Source: Candidatus Omnitrophota bacterium
Lineage (GTDB): Bacteria; Omnitrophota; Gorgyraeia; Gygaellales; Profunditerraquicolaceae
Direction: 5' to 3'
DNA: 64,000 nt
NCBI GenBank assembly: GCA_026387335.1
Contig: JAPLLX010000002.1
Coordinates: 77,326 to 141,325 of the forward strand
Shown here: in pieces, positions 28,378 through 37,563 of the stretch
How positions within the stretch are numbered: the stretch's first letter is position 1
How the letters are laid out: each line of letters opens with the position of its first letter
Notes under the pieces: generated by a model
The model's input: only the letters and a program-made list of their open reading frames with translations
Databases searched by the model: none
What the model was told of the DNA's origin: nothing
Made by a program: the position numbers and the translations under genes

Positions 28378-29571
28378 ATGGCAGTTTTAGAAATATTACC
28401 GGGCATCTATTCTGTAGGAGTTGTGGACTGGAACGTACGTAATTTTCACGGGCATACCTATACTACAAAGAGGGGCACTACCTATAATGCCTATCTTATT
28501 ATTGATGAAAAAGTCACCCTTATCGATACGGTTTACGGGCCTTTTGCCGCGGAGTTGATGGAAAATATCCGGCAGGTTATACCCGTGGAGAAAGTAGATT
28601 ATATTATCGCTAACCACGTGGAGACAGACCATAGCGGCGCGCTCCCTGAAATTATGAAACTCGTTCCGAAAGCTAAAATATTCGGGACAAAAAATTGCCA
28701 GGAAGGCCTCTACCGTTATTATTACGGCGACTGGGATTTTGGAATAGTTAAAACCGGAGATAAATTAAAATTAGGCAAAAGGAGTTTAACGTTTATTGAG
28801 GCTCCTATGGTCCATTGGCCGGATAGCATGTTTACCTATTGTCCCGAAGAAGAATTACTTATGCCCAACGACGCCTTTGGCCAGCATCTGGCGACTAATG
28901 AACGTTTCGCCGACCAGGTTGATCCGTGCGCGTTGTGGGATGAAGCGGCGAAATATTACAGCAATATACTCTGGCCGCTGGGGGCAGTCATCTTAAAGAA
29001 AATAGAAGAAGTCCTGAAATTAAACATTCCCATAAAGATTATCGCTCCCAGCCACGGCGTTATCTGGCGTAAGGATCCTATACAGATAATCAATAAGTAT
29101 GTCAGTTGGGCCAAGAATGAAACTTTGGCCAAGGTAGTCCTGGTCTATGAATCTATGTGGGGAGCGACTGAAAAGATGGCCCGTAAAATTATTGAGGGAG
29201 TCCAAAAAGAAGGGTTAAGCGTAAAGTTGTTTGATATAACCGGCTCTGACCGCACGGAAGTTGTTAAAGAGATGCTGGAGGCAAAAGGTTTTATTTTCGG
29301 TTCGTCAACCCACGATAATGGGATACTTACTACGCTGGCCGGCTTTCTGGAATTTATAAAGGGATTTAAACCGAAGAACAGGCTGGCCGCCAGTTTCGGC
29401 TCTTATGGTTGGGCCGGCGGGGCGGTTAAGCAGATAGAGGATATAGCAAAAGAAGCCGGCCTGGAGTTGGCAGCAACCGGATTGCAGGTAAAATATATGC
29501 CGGATAAGGATGACTTAGAAAAGTGTTTTGAATTCGGCAGGAATTTCGCTCTAAAGATAAAAGGGAAGTAA
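28378..29571 (+). CDS. fprA: flavodiiron protein (FprA / rubredoxin:oxygen oxidoreductase type)
   Basis: 397 aa with metallo-beta-lactamase diiron motif NHVETDHSGA and a C-terminal flavodoxin domain. Confidence 0.9.
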   Translation: MAVLEILPGIYSVGVVDWNVRNFHGHTYTTKRGTTYNAYLIIDEKVTLIDTVYGPFAAELMENIRQVIPVEKVDYIIANHVETDHSGALPEIMKLVPKAKIFGTKNCQEGLYRYYYGDWDFGIVKTGDKLKLGKRSLTFIEAPMVHWPDSMFTYCPEEELLMPNDAFGQHLATNERFADQVDPCALWDEAAKYYSNILWPLGAVILKKIEEVLKLNIPIKIIAPSHGVIWRKDPIQIINKYVSWAKNETLAKVVLVYESMWGATEKMARKIIEGVQKEGLSVKLFDITGSDRTEVVKEMLEAKGFIFGSSTHDNGILTTLAGFLEFIKGFKPKNRLAASFGSYGWAGGAVKQIEDIAKEAGLELAATGLQVKYMPDKDDLEKCFEFGRNFALKIKGK

Positions 29572-29574
29572 GCA

Positions 29575-30039
29575 ATGAGTCAGCTTAGTGAAACGGTTAT
29601 TCATTTTCTTCAAAGACAGGGGTGCGTTGTTGTCTCTAGCATTGATAGCCGGGGTTTTCCTCACTCTGCGTGCAAGGCGATAGTCAAAATTGAGAATAAT
29701 GGGACTGTTTATTTGTTGGACGCTTACCAAGGAAAAACTTTTCATAACCTGAAAAATAATCCTTTAGCCAGCGTGACTTCTTTTGACGAAGATAAATTCG
29801 CCGGTTATTGCCTTAAGGGCCGGGCGAGGATCTTATCCAAAGAAGAGCTGGATGCCGAAATAATCAAAGCTTGGGAGGAGAGGATCGTCAGCAGGTTAAC
29901 CCAGAGATTGCTTAAGAATATTCAGGGCGGGGCGAAAGGCCATCCAGGCCATCCGGAAGCTTTACTCCCTAAGCCCGAGCATATGATTGTTATTGATGTG
30001 GAAGAAGTTGTTGATCTTACGCCGCAGCATTTAAAGTAA
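29575..30039 (+). CDS. pyridoxamine 5'-phosphate oxidase-like FMN-binding split-barrel protein
   Basis: 154 aa. Family-like pattern only, a weak motif-level call. Confidence 0.5.
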   Translation: MSQLSETVIHFLQRQGCVVVSSIDSRGFPHSACKAIVKIENNGTVYLLDAYQGKTFHNLKNNPLASVTSFDEDKFAGYCLKGRARILSKEELDAEIIKAWEERIVSRLTQRLLKNIQGGAKGHPGHPEALLPKPEHMIVIDVEEVVDLTPQHLK

Positions 30040-30040
30040 T

Positions 30041-30070
30041 CTGTTCTTTAGGCAGACAGGAGGTAAAAGG
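30041..30070 (+). promoter_or_regulatory. conserved pre-SD element, copy D (CTGTTCTTTAGGCAGACAGGAGGTAAAAGG)
   Basis: See copy B. Lies 5' of ATG 30076. Confidence 0.45.
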
Positions 30071-30075
30071 AAAAT

Positions 30076-30312
30076 ATGGCTAAGAAGGTTAAGATTTATA
30101 GCACTCCTACTTGTCCGTGGTGTATCCGGGTCAAGCAGTTTTTAAAAGAAAATAATATAGTTTTTGAAGATTATGATGTTTCTTCCGACCCGGCAAAGGC
30201 TGAGGAGATGGTTAAAAAAACCGGGCAAATGGGTGTGCCGGTATTGGATATTGAAGGCGAAATCATCGTCGGGTTTGATAAAGAGAAAATAAAAGCGTCT
30301 TTAGGGTTCTAA
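30076..30312 (+). CDS. glutaredoxin-like protein (NrdH/YruB type)
   Basis: 78 aa with CPWC active site and GVPVL motif. Confidence 0.75.
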   Translation: MAKKVKIYSTPTCPWCIRVKQFLKENNIVFEDYDVSSDPAKAEEMVKKTGQMGVPVLDIEGEIIVGFDKEKIKASLGF

Positions 30313-30322
30313 GTTTTAAGCT

Positions 30323-31231
30323 ATGCAGACATACGATTTGATTATTATTGGCGCCGGGCCGGCAGGGATTACCGCCACCGTATACGCGGCGCGCAAGAAA
30401 ATGGATTTCCTGGTTATAACCGGGGATATCGGCGGCCAAACCGCCTGGAGCTCAGATATTGAGAATTATACCGGATATCAATTTATTAGCGGGCCGGATT
30501 TAGTGCAGAAATTTGAGGAGCATATGCGCAGTTACCATACAAACGTCAAAGAAGGAGAAGGGGTAACTGAAGTAGAAAAGTCCGCAGGGCTGGTTTTGGT
30601 AAAGACTGACAAGGGCCTAGAATATCAAGCTAAATCCGTCATCATCGCTTCCGGCAAGCGCTCAAGAGAACTGAATGTTCCGGGCGAGAAGGAGTACAGA
30701 AATAAAGGCGTCAGCTATTGCGCTACTTGCGATGGGCCTATTTTTAGCGCTAAAGATGTGGCGATTATCGGAGGAGGGAATTCCGCCTTAGACGCTTGCC
30801 TGCAGTTAATAAGGATCGCCAGGCAGGTTTATATTATCAATAATGTTCCCCAGCTCGCCGGAGACGCGATTATGCGCCAGAAAGTAGAAGCAGCGGCGAA
30901 TGTCAGCATTTTTAATAATTCTAAAGTAACTGCTGTTTTGGGCGATAAGATGGTGAAGGCCATCAGGATAAATCAAGAAGGTGAGGAAAAGACGCTTAGC
31001 GTCCAAGGGGTCTTTGTTGAAATCGGGCTCATCCCTAATTCAGACTTTGTTAAAGGCGTGGAGAAGAACGCTCAAGGTGAAATCATTATCAATAACCGTA
31101 ACGCGACAAATATCCCCGGAATTTTTGCCGCAGGCGATGTCACGGATGTCTCCGAAAAACAGATTATTATCGCCGCGGGTGAAGGTTCCAAGGCCTGCCT
31201 ATCCGCCTTTCGTTATTTAGCCCGACATTAA
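30323..31231 (+). CDS. trxB: thioredoxin-disulfide reductase-like flavoprotein
   Basis: 302 aa with GAGPAG, redox-active CATCDG and GGGNSA. Confidence 0.8.
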   Translation: MQTYDLIIIGAGPAGITATVYAARKKMDFLVITGDIGGQTAWSSDIENYTGYQFISGPDLVQKFEEHMRSYHTNVKEGEGVTEVEKSAGLVLVKTDKGLEYQAKSVIIASGKRSRELNVPGEKEYRNKGVSYCATCDGPIFSAKDVAIIGGGNSALDACLQLIRIARQVYIINNVPQLAGDAIMRQKVEAAANVSIFNNSKVTAVLGDKMVKAIRINQEGEEKTLSVQGVFVEIGLIPNSDFVKGVEKNAQGEIIINNRNATNIPGIFAAGDVTDVSEKQIIIAAGEGSKACLSAFRYLARH

Positions 31232-31253
31232 AAGTTAATAAAGAAATAAATAC

Positions 31254-31296
31254 TTGACAAAATCCGCGTATCTTGTATACTCTACTATTATAATAG
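31254..31296 (+). promoter_or_regulatory. promoter of the second Rrf2 gene plus a perfect 12-bp palindrome (candidate operator)
   Basis: TTGACA at 31254-31259 and TATACT at 31276-31281. The palindrome CTATTATAATAG at 31285-31296 sits near the predicted transcription start. Confidence 0.55.
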
Positions 31297-31312
31297 AGAT
31301 TATCTAGAATAA

Positions 31313-31753
31313 ATGAAAATCACCTATAAGGGCGATTACGCCTTAAAGACAATTTTGGATTTAGCCGCTCATTTCGGGAACGGACCGGTGGTCATCAACG
31401 ATTTATCCCGGCGCCTGGATATCCCCACAAAGTTCCTAGAGCAGATACTTTTGGATTTAAAGCGGGCGCACTTTGTGGAGAGTAAGCGCGGTAAGATCGG
31501 AGGCTATTCTTTGGCCAGGCATCCAGGGCAAATTACCCTGGGAGAGGTGACCCGTTTTATTGACGGCCCGATTGAGCCGATTGCCTGCGTAGATAAAAGA
31601 TATTCCGGCTGTCATGACGCGGGAGCCTGTGTTTTTAGAAGCATTTGGGGCCAGGTAAGCAGCTCAACCGCCAAGATCATAGATAATATAACCTTTGAAG
31701 ACCTTTTGAAAAGGTCAAAGAGGACAAATAAGTCTTTCAATTACCAAATTTAA
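31313..31753 (+). CDS. Rrf2-family regulator (CymR/IscR-like)
   Basis: 146 aa with Rrf2 N-terminus MKITYKGDYALKTILDLA and three spaced cysteines (CVDKRYSGCHDAGAC). Confidence 0.85.
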   Translation: MKITYKGDYALKTILDLAAHFGNGPVVINDLSRRLDIPTKFLEQILLDLKRAHFVESKRGKIGGYSLARHPGQITLGEVTRFIDGPIEPIACVDKRYSGCHDAGACVFRSIWGQVSSSTAKIIDNITFEDLLKRSKRTNKSFNYQI

Positions 31754-32671
31754 ATGAAAATAGCCAAAGATATTACAGAATTAATCGGCAATACCCCTTT
31801 GGTTAAACTTAACCGTTTAACCAAAGATTCCCTGGCCAACGTTGTGGCCAAGCTAGAAGCATTTAACCCCTGTTCTTCAATAAAGGATAGGATAGGCTTG
31901 AATATGATTGAACAGGCGGAAAAAGACGGCAAGATTAAAAAAGACACCATTATTGTTGAGCCGACTTCCGGGAATACGGGGATCGCTTTAGCTTTTGTCT
32001 CGGCGGTAAAGGGCTATAAATTGATTTTAACTATGCCCGAGACGATGAGCCTTGAGCGCCGCCAGCTTTTGTCAGCTTTTGGAGCTGAAATCATCCTTAC
32101 TCCCGGAGCTGAAGGGATGTCTGGCGCAGTAAAGAGGGCCGAGGAGTTAGCTAAGAGCGATAAGCGTTATTTTATTCTGCAGCAGTTTGAGAATCCAGCG
32201 AATCCGGATATCCACCGGCGCGTGACTGCGCAGGAAATTTGGCGCGATACAGACGGAAAGATTGATATTTTAGTTGCGGGCGTGGGTACAGGTGGTACAA
32301 TCACAGGTATAGCCGAAGCGCTGAAAAAGAAGAAAGCTGCGTTTAAAGCAGTTGCTGTTGAGCCGGAAGATTCGGCGGTTTTATCCGGTGATAAACCCGG
32401 GCCGCATAAGATCCAGGGGATTGGCGCGGGTTTTATCCCGCAAGTATTGAATACGAAGATCATTGATGAGGTGATCCGGGTTTCCAATGATGATGCCCTG
32501 GAAACTTCCCGTAGGCTAGCTAAAGAAGAAGGTATCTTAGCGGGGATATCCAGCGGCGCGGCTACTTTCGCGGCGATAGAAATTGCCAAGAGAAAAGAGA
32601 ATAAAGGAAAATTAATCGTGGTAATCTTGCCGGATACAGGCGAACGGTATCTGAGCACAGGATTATTTTAA
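31754..32671 (+). CDS. cysK: cysteine synthase A (O-acetylserine sulfhydrylase)
   Basis: 305 aa with the PLP lysine in NPCSSIKDR, plus GNTG and GTGGT loops. Confidence 0.9.
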   Translation: MKIAKDITELIGNTPLVKLNRLTKDSLANVVAKLEAFNPCSSIKDRIGLNMIEQAEKDGKIKKDTIIVEPTSGNTGIALAFVSAVKGYKLILTMPETMSLERRQLLSAFGAEIILTPGAEGMSGAVKRAEELAKSDKRYFILQQFENPANPDIHRRVTAQEIWRDTDGKIDILVAGVGTGGTITGIAEALKKKKAAFKAVAVEPEDSAVLSGDKPGPHKIQGIGAGFIPQVLNTKIIDEVIRVSNDDALETSRRLAKEEGILAGISSGAATFAAIEIAKRKENKGKLIVVILPDTGERYLSTGLF

Positions 32672-32682
32672 GGGGGATAAAA

Positions 32683-32904
32683 ATGAGAGATAGAATTGAG
32701 AAGGCATTAGCAAAAGTAAGGCCCATGTTGGAAGCTGACGGCGGAGATGTGGAGTTGATTGATGTGACAGCCGACGGTGTGGTTAAATTAAAGCTTAAAG
32801 GAAGCTGCGGTTGCTGCCCAATGAGCTCAATGACTTTAAAGATGGGTATTGAGAGGATTATTAAACAAGAGGTTCCGGAAGTCAAAGAGGTTGTGGCAAT
32901 ATAA
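32683..32904 (+). CDS. nfu: NifU C-terminal domain (Nfu-type) Fe-S carrier
   Basis: 73 aa with motif GSCGCCPMS. Confidence 0.8.
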   Translation: MRDRIEKALAKVRPMLEADGGDVELIDVTADGVVKLKLKGSCGCCPMSSMTLKMGIERIIKQEVPEVKEVVAI

Positions 32905-32925
32905 ATATTATTTTAGAGGTAATCA

Positions 32926-34140
32926 ATGAAAACGATTAAAGAGATAAATGAAAAAATTAAAAGAGGCGAAGTAGTTGTAGTCACTGCCGAAGAGGTCATT
33001 GATTTGGTGGAAAAGAAGGGAGCCAAAAGGGTGGCCCAGGAGGTTGACGTTGTGACTACCGGCACCTTCGGCCCGATGTGTTCATCGGGAGCCTATTTTA
33101 ATATCGGTCATTCTAAGCCCAGGATAAAAATCGGTGGAGGGATCTGCACGCTTAATGATGTTCCCGCCTACACCGGTTTTGCCGCGGTGGATATTTATAT
33201 TGGCGCCACCGCTCTTCCCGATAATGACCCGCGCAATAAAGTTTACCCGGGAGAATTTAAATACGGCGGCGCGCATGTCATTCAGGAATTGACCGCCGGA
33301 AACGATGTGCGTTTAGAGGCCAGCGCCTACGGCACAGATTGCTACCCGCGCAAGAAATTAGCGACCCTTTTGAATATAAAAGACCTGAATGAAGCGGTGT
33401 TATTCAATATCCGTAATGCCTATCAAAATTATAATGTGGCGGTAAATTTATCGGATAAACCCATATATACCTATATGGGGCTGCTTAAACCGAACCTGGG
33501 TAACGCTAATTATTGTTCCGCTGGCCAGCTTTCACCGTTGCTTAAGGATCCTAAATACCGTTCAATAGGCATAGGGACTAAGATATTCCTAGGCGGAGGC
33601 GTTGGTTACGTTGCCTGGCAGGGGACTCAACACAATCCCTCTGTTTTGCGAAAAGAAAACGGCGTACCGCAGGCGCCCGCAGGTACTTTAGCGGTCATCG
33701 GCGACTTAAAACAAATGAAACCGCAGTGGTTAGTCGGAGCAAGTATGCTGGGTTACGGAGTTACTCTTATCGTCGGTATAGGTGTTCCTATACCGGTTCT
33801 GGATGAAGAAACAATCCAATACGCCGCAATCCGGGATAAAGATATTTATGCCCAGGTTATAGATTACTCTCAAAATTATCCGCAGTGCGTAGGTTCATCG
33901 CTGGGTGAGGTAAATTATGCCCAGCTCAAAACCGGTAAAATAACTCTTCAGGGTAAAGAAATACCGACAGGCAGCCTCTCCAGTTATTCCAAGGCCCGCG
34001 AGATTGCCGAGGAATTAAAAGCTTGGATTAAAAGGGGAGAATTTACGCTGACTGAACCGGTGGAGAAGATTCCGGGGCAAGAGTCCGGCTATAGCTTTAA
34101 AATGCTTAAAGAGCGCCCGATAATTGAAAAAGAGGTATAA
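32926..34140 (+). CDS. COG1900/DUF39 homocysteine biosynthesis protein (MA1821-like)
   Basis: 404 aa. Family-typical N-terminus KTIKEINEKIKRGEVVVVTAEEV, and paired with the NIL-ferredoxin gene downstream. Confidence 0.75.
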   Translation: MKTIKEINEKIKRGEVVVVTAEEVIDLVEKKGAKRVAQEVDVVTTGTFGPMCSSGAYFNIGHSKPRIKIGGGICTLNDVPAYTGFAAVDIYIGATALPDNDPRNKVYPGEFKYGGAHVIQELTAGNDVRLEASAYGTDCYPRKKLATLLNIKDLNEAVLFNIRNAYQNYNVAVNLSDKPIYTYMGLLKPNLGNANYCSAGQLSPLLKDPKYRSIGIGTKIFLGGGVGYVAWQGTQHNPSVLRKENGVPQAPAGTLAVIGDLKQMKPQWLVGASMLGYGVTLIVGIGVPIPVLDEETIQYAAIRDKDIYAQVIDYSQNYPQCVGSSLGEVNYAQLKTGKITLQGKEIPTGSLSSYSKAREIAEELKAWIKRGEFTLTEPVEKIPGQESGYSFKMLKERPIIEKEV

Positions 34141-34143
34141 AAA

Positions 34144-34551
34144 ATGGTTTCTAAGAGAATAGTCCTGCATTTTCCGACTCGCCTGGTTGACCAGCCGATA
34201 GTCTATAAACTGGTCAAAGAATTTGATTTGCAGTTTAATATCCTGAAGGCCTTTGTTACTCCGCAAGAAGAGGGCCTTATGGTTGTGGAGCTAAACGGAA
34301 AAAGAGAAAATTTTGATAAGGGGATAGAATATTTACAGTCTTGCGGGGTGCGCATCCAATCCTTAGCTCAAGATGTTATCAGGAATGAAGATAAATGCAC
34401 GGAATGCGGCGTATGCGTCCCGATCTGTCCGACTGAGGCCCTGGTAGTTGACCCCGCAACGCGCAAGGTAATTTTTCATAATAAAAAATGTATTGCCTGC
34501 GAGCTCTGCGTTAAAATCTGTCCTCCGCGCGCCATGGAAGTGCATTTCTAA
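34144..34551 (+). CDS. NIL domain plus 2x[4Fe-4S] ferredoxin (MA1822-like partner)
   Basis: 135 aa with an NIL-like N-terminus, then CTECGVCVPICP and CIACELCVKICP. Confidence 0.75.
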   Translation: MVSKRIVLHFPTRLVDQPIVYKLVKEFDLQFNILKAFVTPQEEGLMVVELNGKRENFDKGIEYLQSCGVRIQSLAQDVIRNEDKCTECGVCVPICPTEALVVDPATRKVIFHNKKCIACELCVKICPPRAMEVHF

Positions 34552-34558
34552 GTTTACA

Positions 34559-35365
34559 ATGCGGCTTAAAAATAAATTATCCAGGTTAAAGAAGATACTT
34601 TTAAAATCCGGCTCTTGTGTAATCGCTTTTTCCGGCGGAGCGGATAGCGCGTTTTTGTTAAAAACAGCTTCTTTAGTTTTGCCTAAGGCAAAAATACTGG
34701 CAGTCACCGCAAATTCCGCCACCTACCCTAAAGAAGAATTGATCTTGGCGAAAAAAATCGCGGGTACCTTCGGCGCAAAGCATAAAATAATCAATACGGC
34801 GGAATTAAAGAACAAAAGATTTATCGCCAATACCCGCCAACGCTGCTATTTTTGTAAAAAAGAACTTTTTACCAAGCTAAAAGATATCGCCAGGCAAAAC
34901 AAACTCGTGTTTGTTTTTGACGCCAGTAACATTTCGGATAAATCCGATTTTCGCCCCGGGGAAAAAGCAAAAAAAGAATTAGGTATTCGTTCGCCGCTGC
35001 AGGAAGCGGGTATTACCAAAGCCGATATCCGGACTTTAAGCAAAAGGCTGGGCCTTTTGACCTGGAATAAGCCGGCTCAAGCTTGTTTAGCCTCCCGGAT
35101 CCCTTACGGAATAAATATCTCTAAGCCTATACTTAACCGTATTAATAAGGCGGAGAACTTTTTAAAGAAGTTAGAATTCTCACAAGTAAGGGTCAGGCAC
35201 TATAACGGGTTATGCCGGATAGAGGTCCCTAAGAATAAAATCGCCAGGCTGTTCAATAAAAGCCAAAGCCTAATCGACAAACTAAAAAAAATAGGCTATA
35301 ATTATGTTACTGTGGATCTGGAAGGTTACCGCGTAGGCAGTTTAAATGAGGTGGTTAAAAAATGA
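34559..35365 (+). CDS. LarE-like PP-loop ATP-dependent sulfur transferase
   Basis: ATG 34559 is preferred over the tracked start 34493, which overlaps the ferredoxin gene. PP-loop FSGGADS and conserved QACLASRIPYG. Confidence 0.65.
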   Translation: MRLKNKLSRLKKILLKSGSCVIAFSGGADSAFLLKTASLVLPKAKILAVTANSATYPKEELILAKKIAGTFGAKHKIINTAELKNKRFIANTRQRCYFCKKELFTKLKDIARQNKLVFVFDASNISDKSDFRPGEKAKKELGIRSPLQEAGITKADIRTLSKRLGLLTWNKPAQACLASRIPYGINISKPILNRINKAENFLKKLEFSQVRVRHYNGLCRIEVPKNKIARLFNKSQSLIDKLKKIGYNYVTVDLEGYRVGSLNEVVKK

Positions 35366-36525
35366 AGAATATTTATTTAGATTATGCGGCAACTGCTCCC
35401 TGCGACCCGGAAGTAGTCAAAGAGATGGAGCCTTATTTCTTCAAGAAATTCGGCAATGCCTCCAGTCTTCATGCTTACGGACAGGAAGCCAAGAAAGCCC
35501 TTGAGGATAGCCGCCAAACTACAGCCGAATTTTTAGGCGCCAAGAGCGAAGAAGTAATTTTTACTTCCGGCGGAACAGAGTCAGACAATAATGTTATTTT
35601 TGGGGTAGCTGGCGCCTTAGAAAGCAAAGGCAACCATATTATTACTTCCGCGATAGAACATCACGCCATCATTGAGCCTTGTAAAGTTTTAGAGAAGAAA
35701 GGTTTTAAGGTCACTTATCTGGGAGTTGATCAGGACGGAGTGGTTTCTCCCGATGACGTTAAAAAGGCGATTACCGACCAGACAATCCTTATTTCTATAA
35801 TGCAGGCGAATAATGAAATCGGCACAATCCAGCCCATTTCCCAAATCGGTAAAATTGCCAAAGAAAAAGGAGTTTGTTTCCATACTGACGCGGTGCAAAC
35901 CGTAGGGCATATCCCGGTAAATGTTGATGACCTCAATGTTGACCTTTTATCGCTTTCGGCCCATAAATTTTACGGGCCCAAAGGCGTAGGCGCTTTGTAT
36001 ATCAGAAAAGGCACGCGCATAGGAAGATTTTTGTGCGGCGGAGACCAGGAGAAGGGAAGGCGCGCCTCCACTCATAATATTAGCGGTATAGTAGGTTTAG
36101 CCAAGGCCATAGAGTTGTGCGCTAAGGGTATGGATAACGAAACCAAGTTTTTGCTATCTTTACGCGATAAATTGATTAAAGAAATACCGAAGACAATCCC
36201 GGAGGTCCGGCTTAACGGCCATCCGAATCAGCGACTTCCGAACAATGTTAATTTCTCTATAAAATACATAGAGGGAGAGTCTATTCTTTTAAGTTTAGAT
36301 ATGCTGGGGATTGCCGCTTCCACCGGTTCAGCCTGCACTTCCAGTTCTTTAGAGCCTTCTCATGTGCTTTTAAGCATCGGCTTAGACCACGCGACTGCCC
36401 ATGGCTCGCTCAGGATCAGTATGGGTAGATGGACCAAAGAATCCGATGTAAATTATTTGCTGGAAAACCTTCCTAAAGTAGTTGAGAAGCTGCGCGCTAT
36501 GTCTCCGCTTTACGAGAAAAAATAA
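35362..36525 (+). CDS. nifS: cysteine desulfurase (NifS/IscS class)
   Basis: 387 aa with PLP lysine SAHKFYGPKG and catalytic Cys loop STGSACTS. Confidence 0.9.
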   Translation: MKNIYLDYAATAPCDPEVVKEMEPYFFKKFGNASSLHAYGQEAKKALEDSRQTTAEFLGAKSEEVIFTSGGTESDNNVIFGVAGALESKGNHIITSAIEHHAIIEPCKVLEKKGFKVTYLGVDQDGVVSPDDVKKAITDQTILISIMQANNEIGTIQPISQIGKIAKEKGVCFHTDAVQTVGHIPVNVDDLNVDLLSLSAHKFYGPKGVGALYIRKGTRIGRFLCGGDQEKGRRASTHNISGIVGLAKAIELCAKGMDNETKFLLSLRDKLIKEIPKTIPEVRLNGHPNQRLPNNVNFSIKYIEGESILLSLDMLGIAASTGSACTSSSLEPSHVLLSIGLDHATAHGSLRISMGRWTKESDVNYLLENLPKVVEKLRAMSPLYEKK

Positions 36526-36542
36526 ACGCGTTAAAATAAATA

Positions 36543-37499
36543 ATGCAAAATAAAATTTTAGGTTTGTTAAAGAAAAAAGAGGGTTATGTTTCCGGCGAGG
36601 ATATAAGTGCTCATTTAAAAATAAGCCGCCAGGCGCTTTGGAAGCATATACAGGAGTTAAAAGATAAAGGTTACCTGATTGAAGCGGTCCCGCATTTAGG
36701 CTATCGCTTAAGCGCTAGCCCCGATAAGCTCTTTGAATTTGAAGTCGCCAGAGACTTAAATACAACGATTTTAGGGAAAAAGATCTTTTATTTTGAGACC
36801 TTAAGCTCGTCTATGGATAAGGCTATGGAGTTGGGGGTCAGTGGCGCAGCCAGCGGGACTTTGATTATGACTGAGACGCAGACCAAAGGCCGGGGTAGGT
36901 TGGGTAGGGTATGGTTCTCTCCAAAATATAAGGGTTTGTACTTCTCTTTGATTTTGCGGCCGGATATGCTTCCTACACAGGCATCTATCCTTACCTTGTT
37001 AAGCGCCGTAAGTATCTGTGAGGCGATTAAGGAAGTCAGCGGAATTGACGCGCAGATAAAATGGCCGAATGATATTTTAGTGCATAATAAAAAAATCGGC
37101 GGCATATTGACCCAGATAACCGCGGAGACTGATAAGATAAACTTTGTGAATATCGGTATCGGAATAAATGTGAATAATGATAAGAAAGCTTTAATAAGCA
37201 CGGCCACTTCCTTAAAAGAGCAAAAGAAAGAAGAGGTAAGCCGTATAAGCCTGTTACAAGAGATACTGCGCAGGATGGAAGCTAATTATTTAGCCTTAAA
37301 TAAAAAGGGAAGCGGCCCGATACTTGAGAAATGGCGCCAGTACGCTACTACTTTAGGCAGGCGGGTTAAAATATATTGCCGGAGTAAACATATTGAGGGA
37401 GAAGCGGTAGATATAGATACCGACGGTTCGCTTTTGTTACGCAGGGACTCCGGTTTTGTAGAAAAGGTTTCTGCCGGGGATGTGGTGCACTGCAGATAG
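36543..37499 (+). CDS. birA: bifunctional biotin-protein ligase and bio repressor
   Basis: 318 aa with an N-terminal wHTH, GRGRLGRVW and KWPNDIL. Confidence 0.9.
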   Translation: MQNKILGLLKKKEGYVSGEDISAHLKISRQALWKHIQELKDKGYLIEAVPHLGYRLSASPDKLFEFEVARDLNTTILGKKIFYFETLSSSMDKAMELGVSGAASGTLIMTETQTKGRGRLGRVWFSPKYKGLYFSLILRPDMLPTQASILTLLSAVSICEAIKEVSGIDAQIKWPNDILVHNKKIGGILTQITAETDKINFVNIGIGINVNNDKKALISTATSLKEQKKEEVSRISLLQEILRRMEANYLALNKKGSGPILEKWRQYATTLGRRVKIYCRSKHIEGEAVDIDTDGSLLLRRDSGFVEKVSAGDVVHCR

Positions 37500-37528
37500 C
37501 CTATTGTAAACTATAATTAGATAATAAG

Positions 37529-37556
37529 TTGACAATAAGCCACGGCCATTTATAAT
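37529..37556 (+). promoter_or_regulatory. consensus sigma70 promoter (TTGACA-N16-TATAAT)
   Basis: The -10 element ends 7 nt before ATG 37564 and no SD lies between them, so the transcript may be leaderless. Confidence 0.5.
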
Positions 37557-37563
37557 ATGCCGT

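Noticed and set aside
32167-32658. 163-aa minus-strand ORF, and similar antisense ORFs inside prfB, secA, lnt, nifS, birA, the giant ORF and the hydrogenase genes
   Set aside because: Each overlaps a plus-strand gene with unambiguous family motifs. None has a recognisable motif or start context. They are treated as non-coding shadows.
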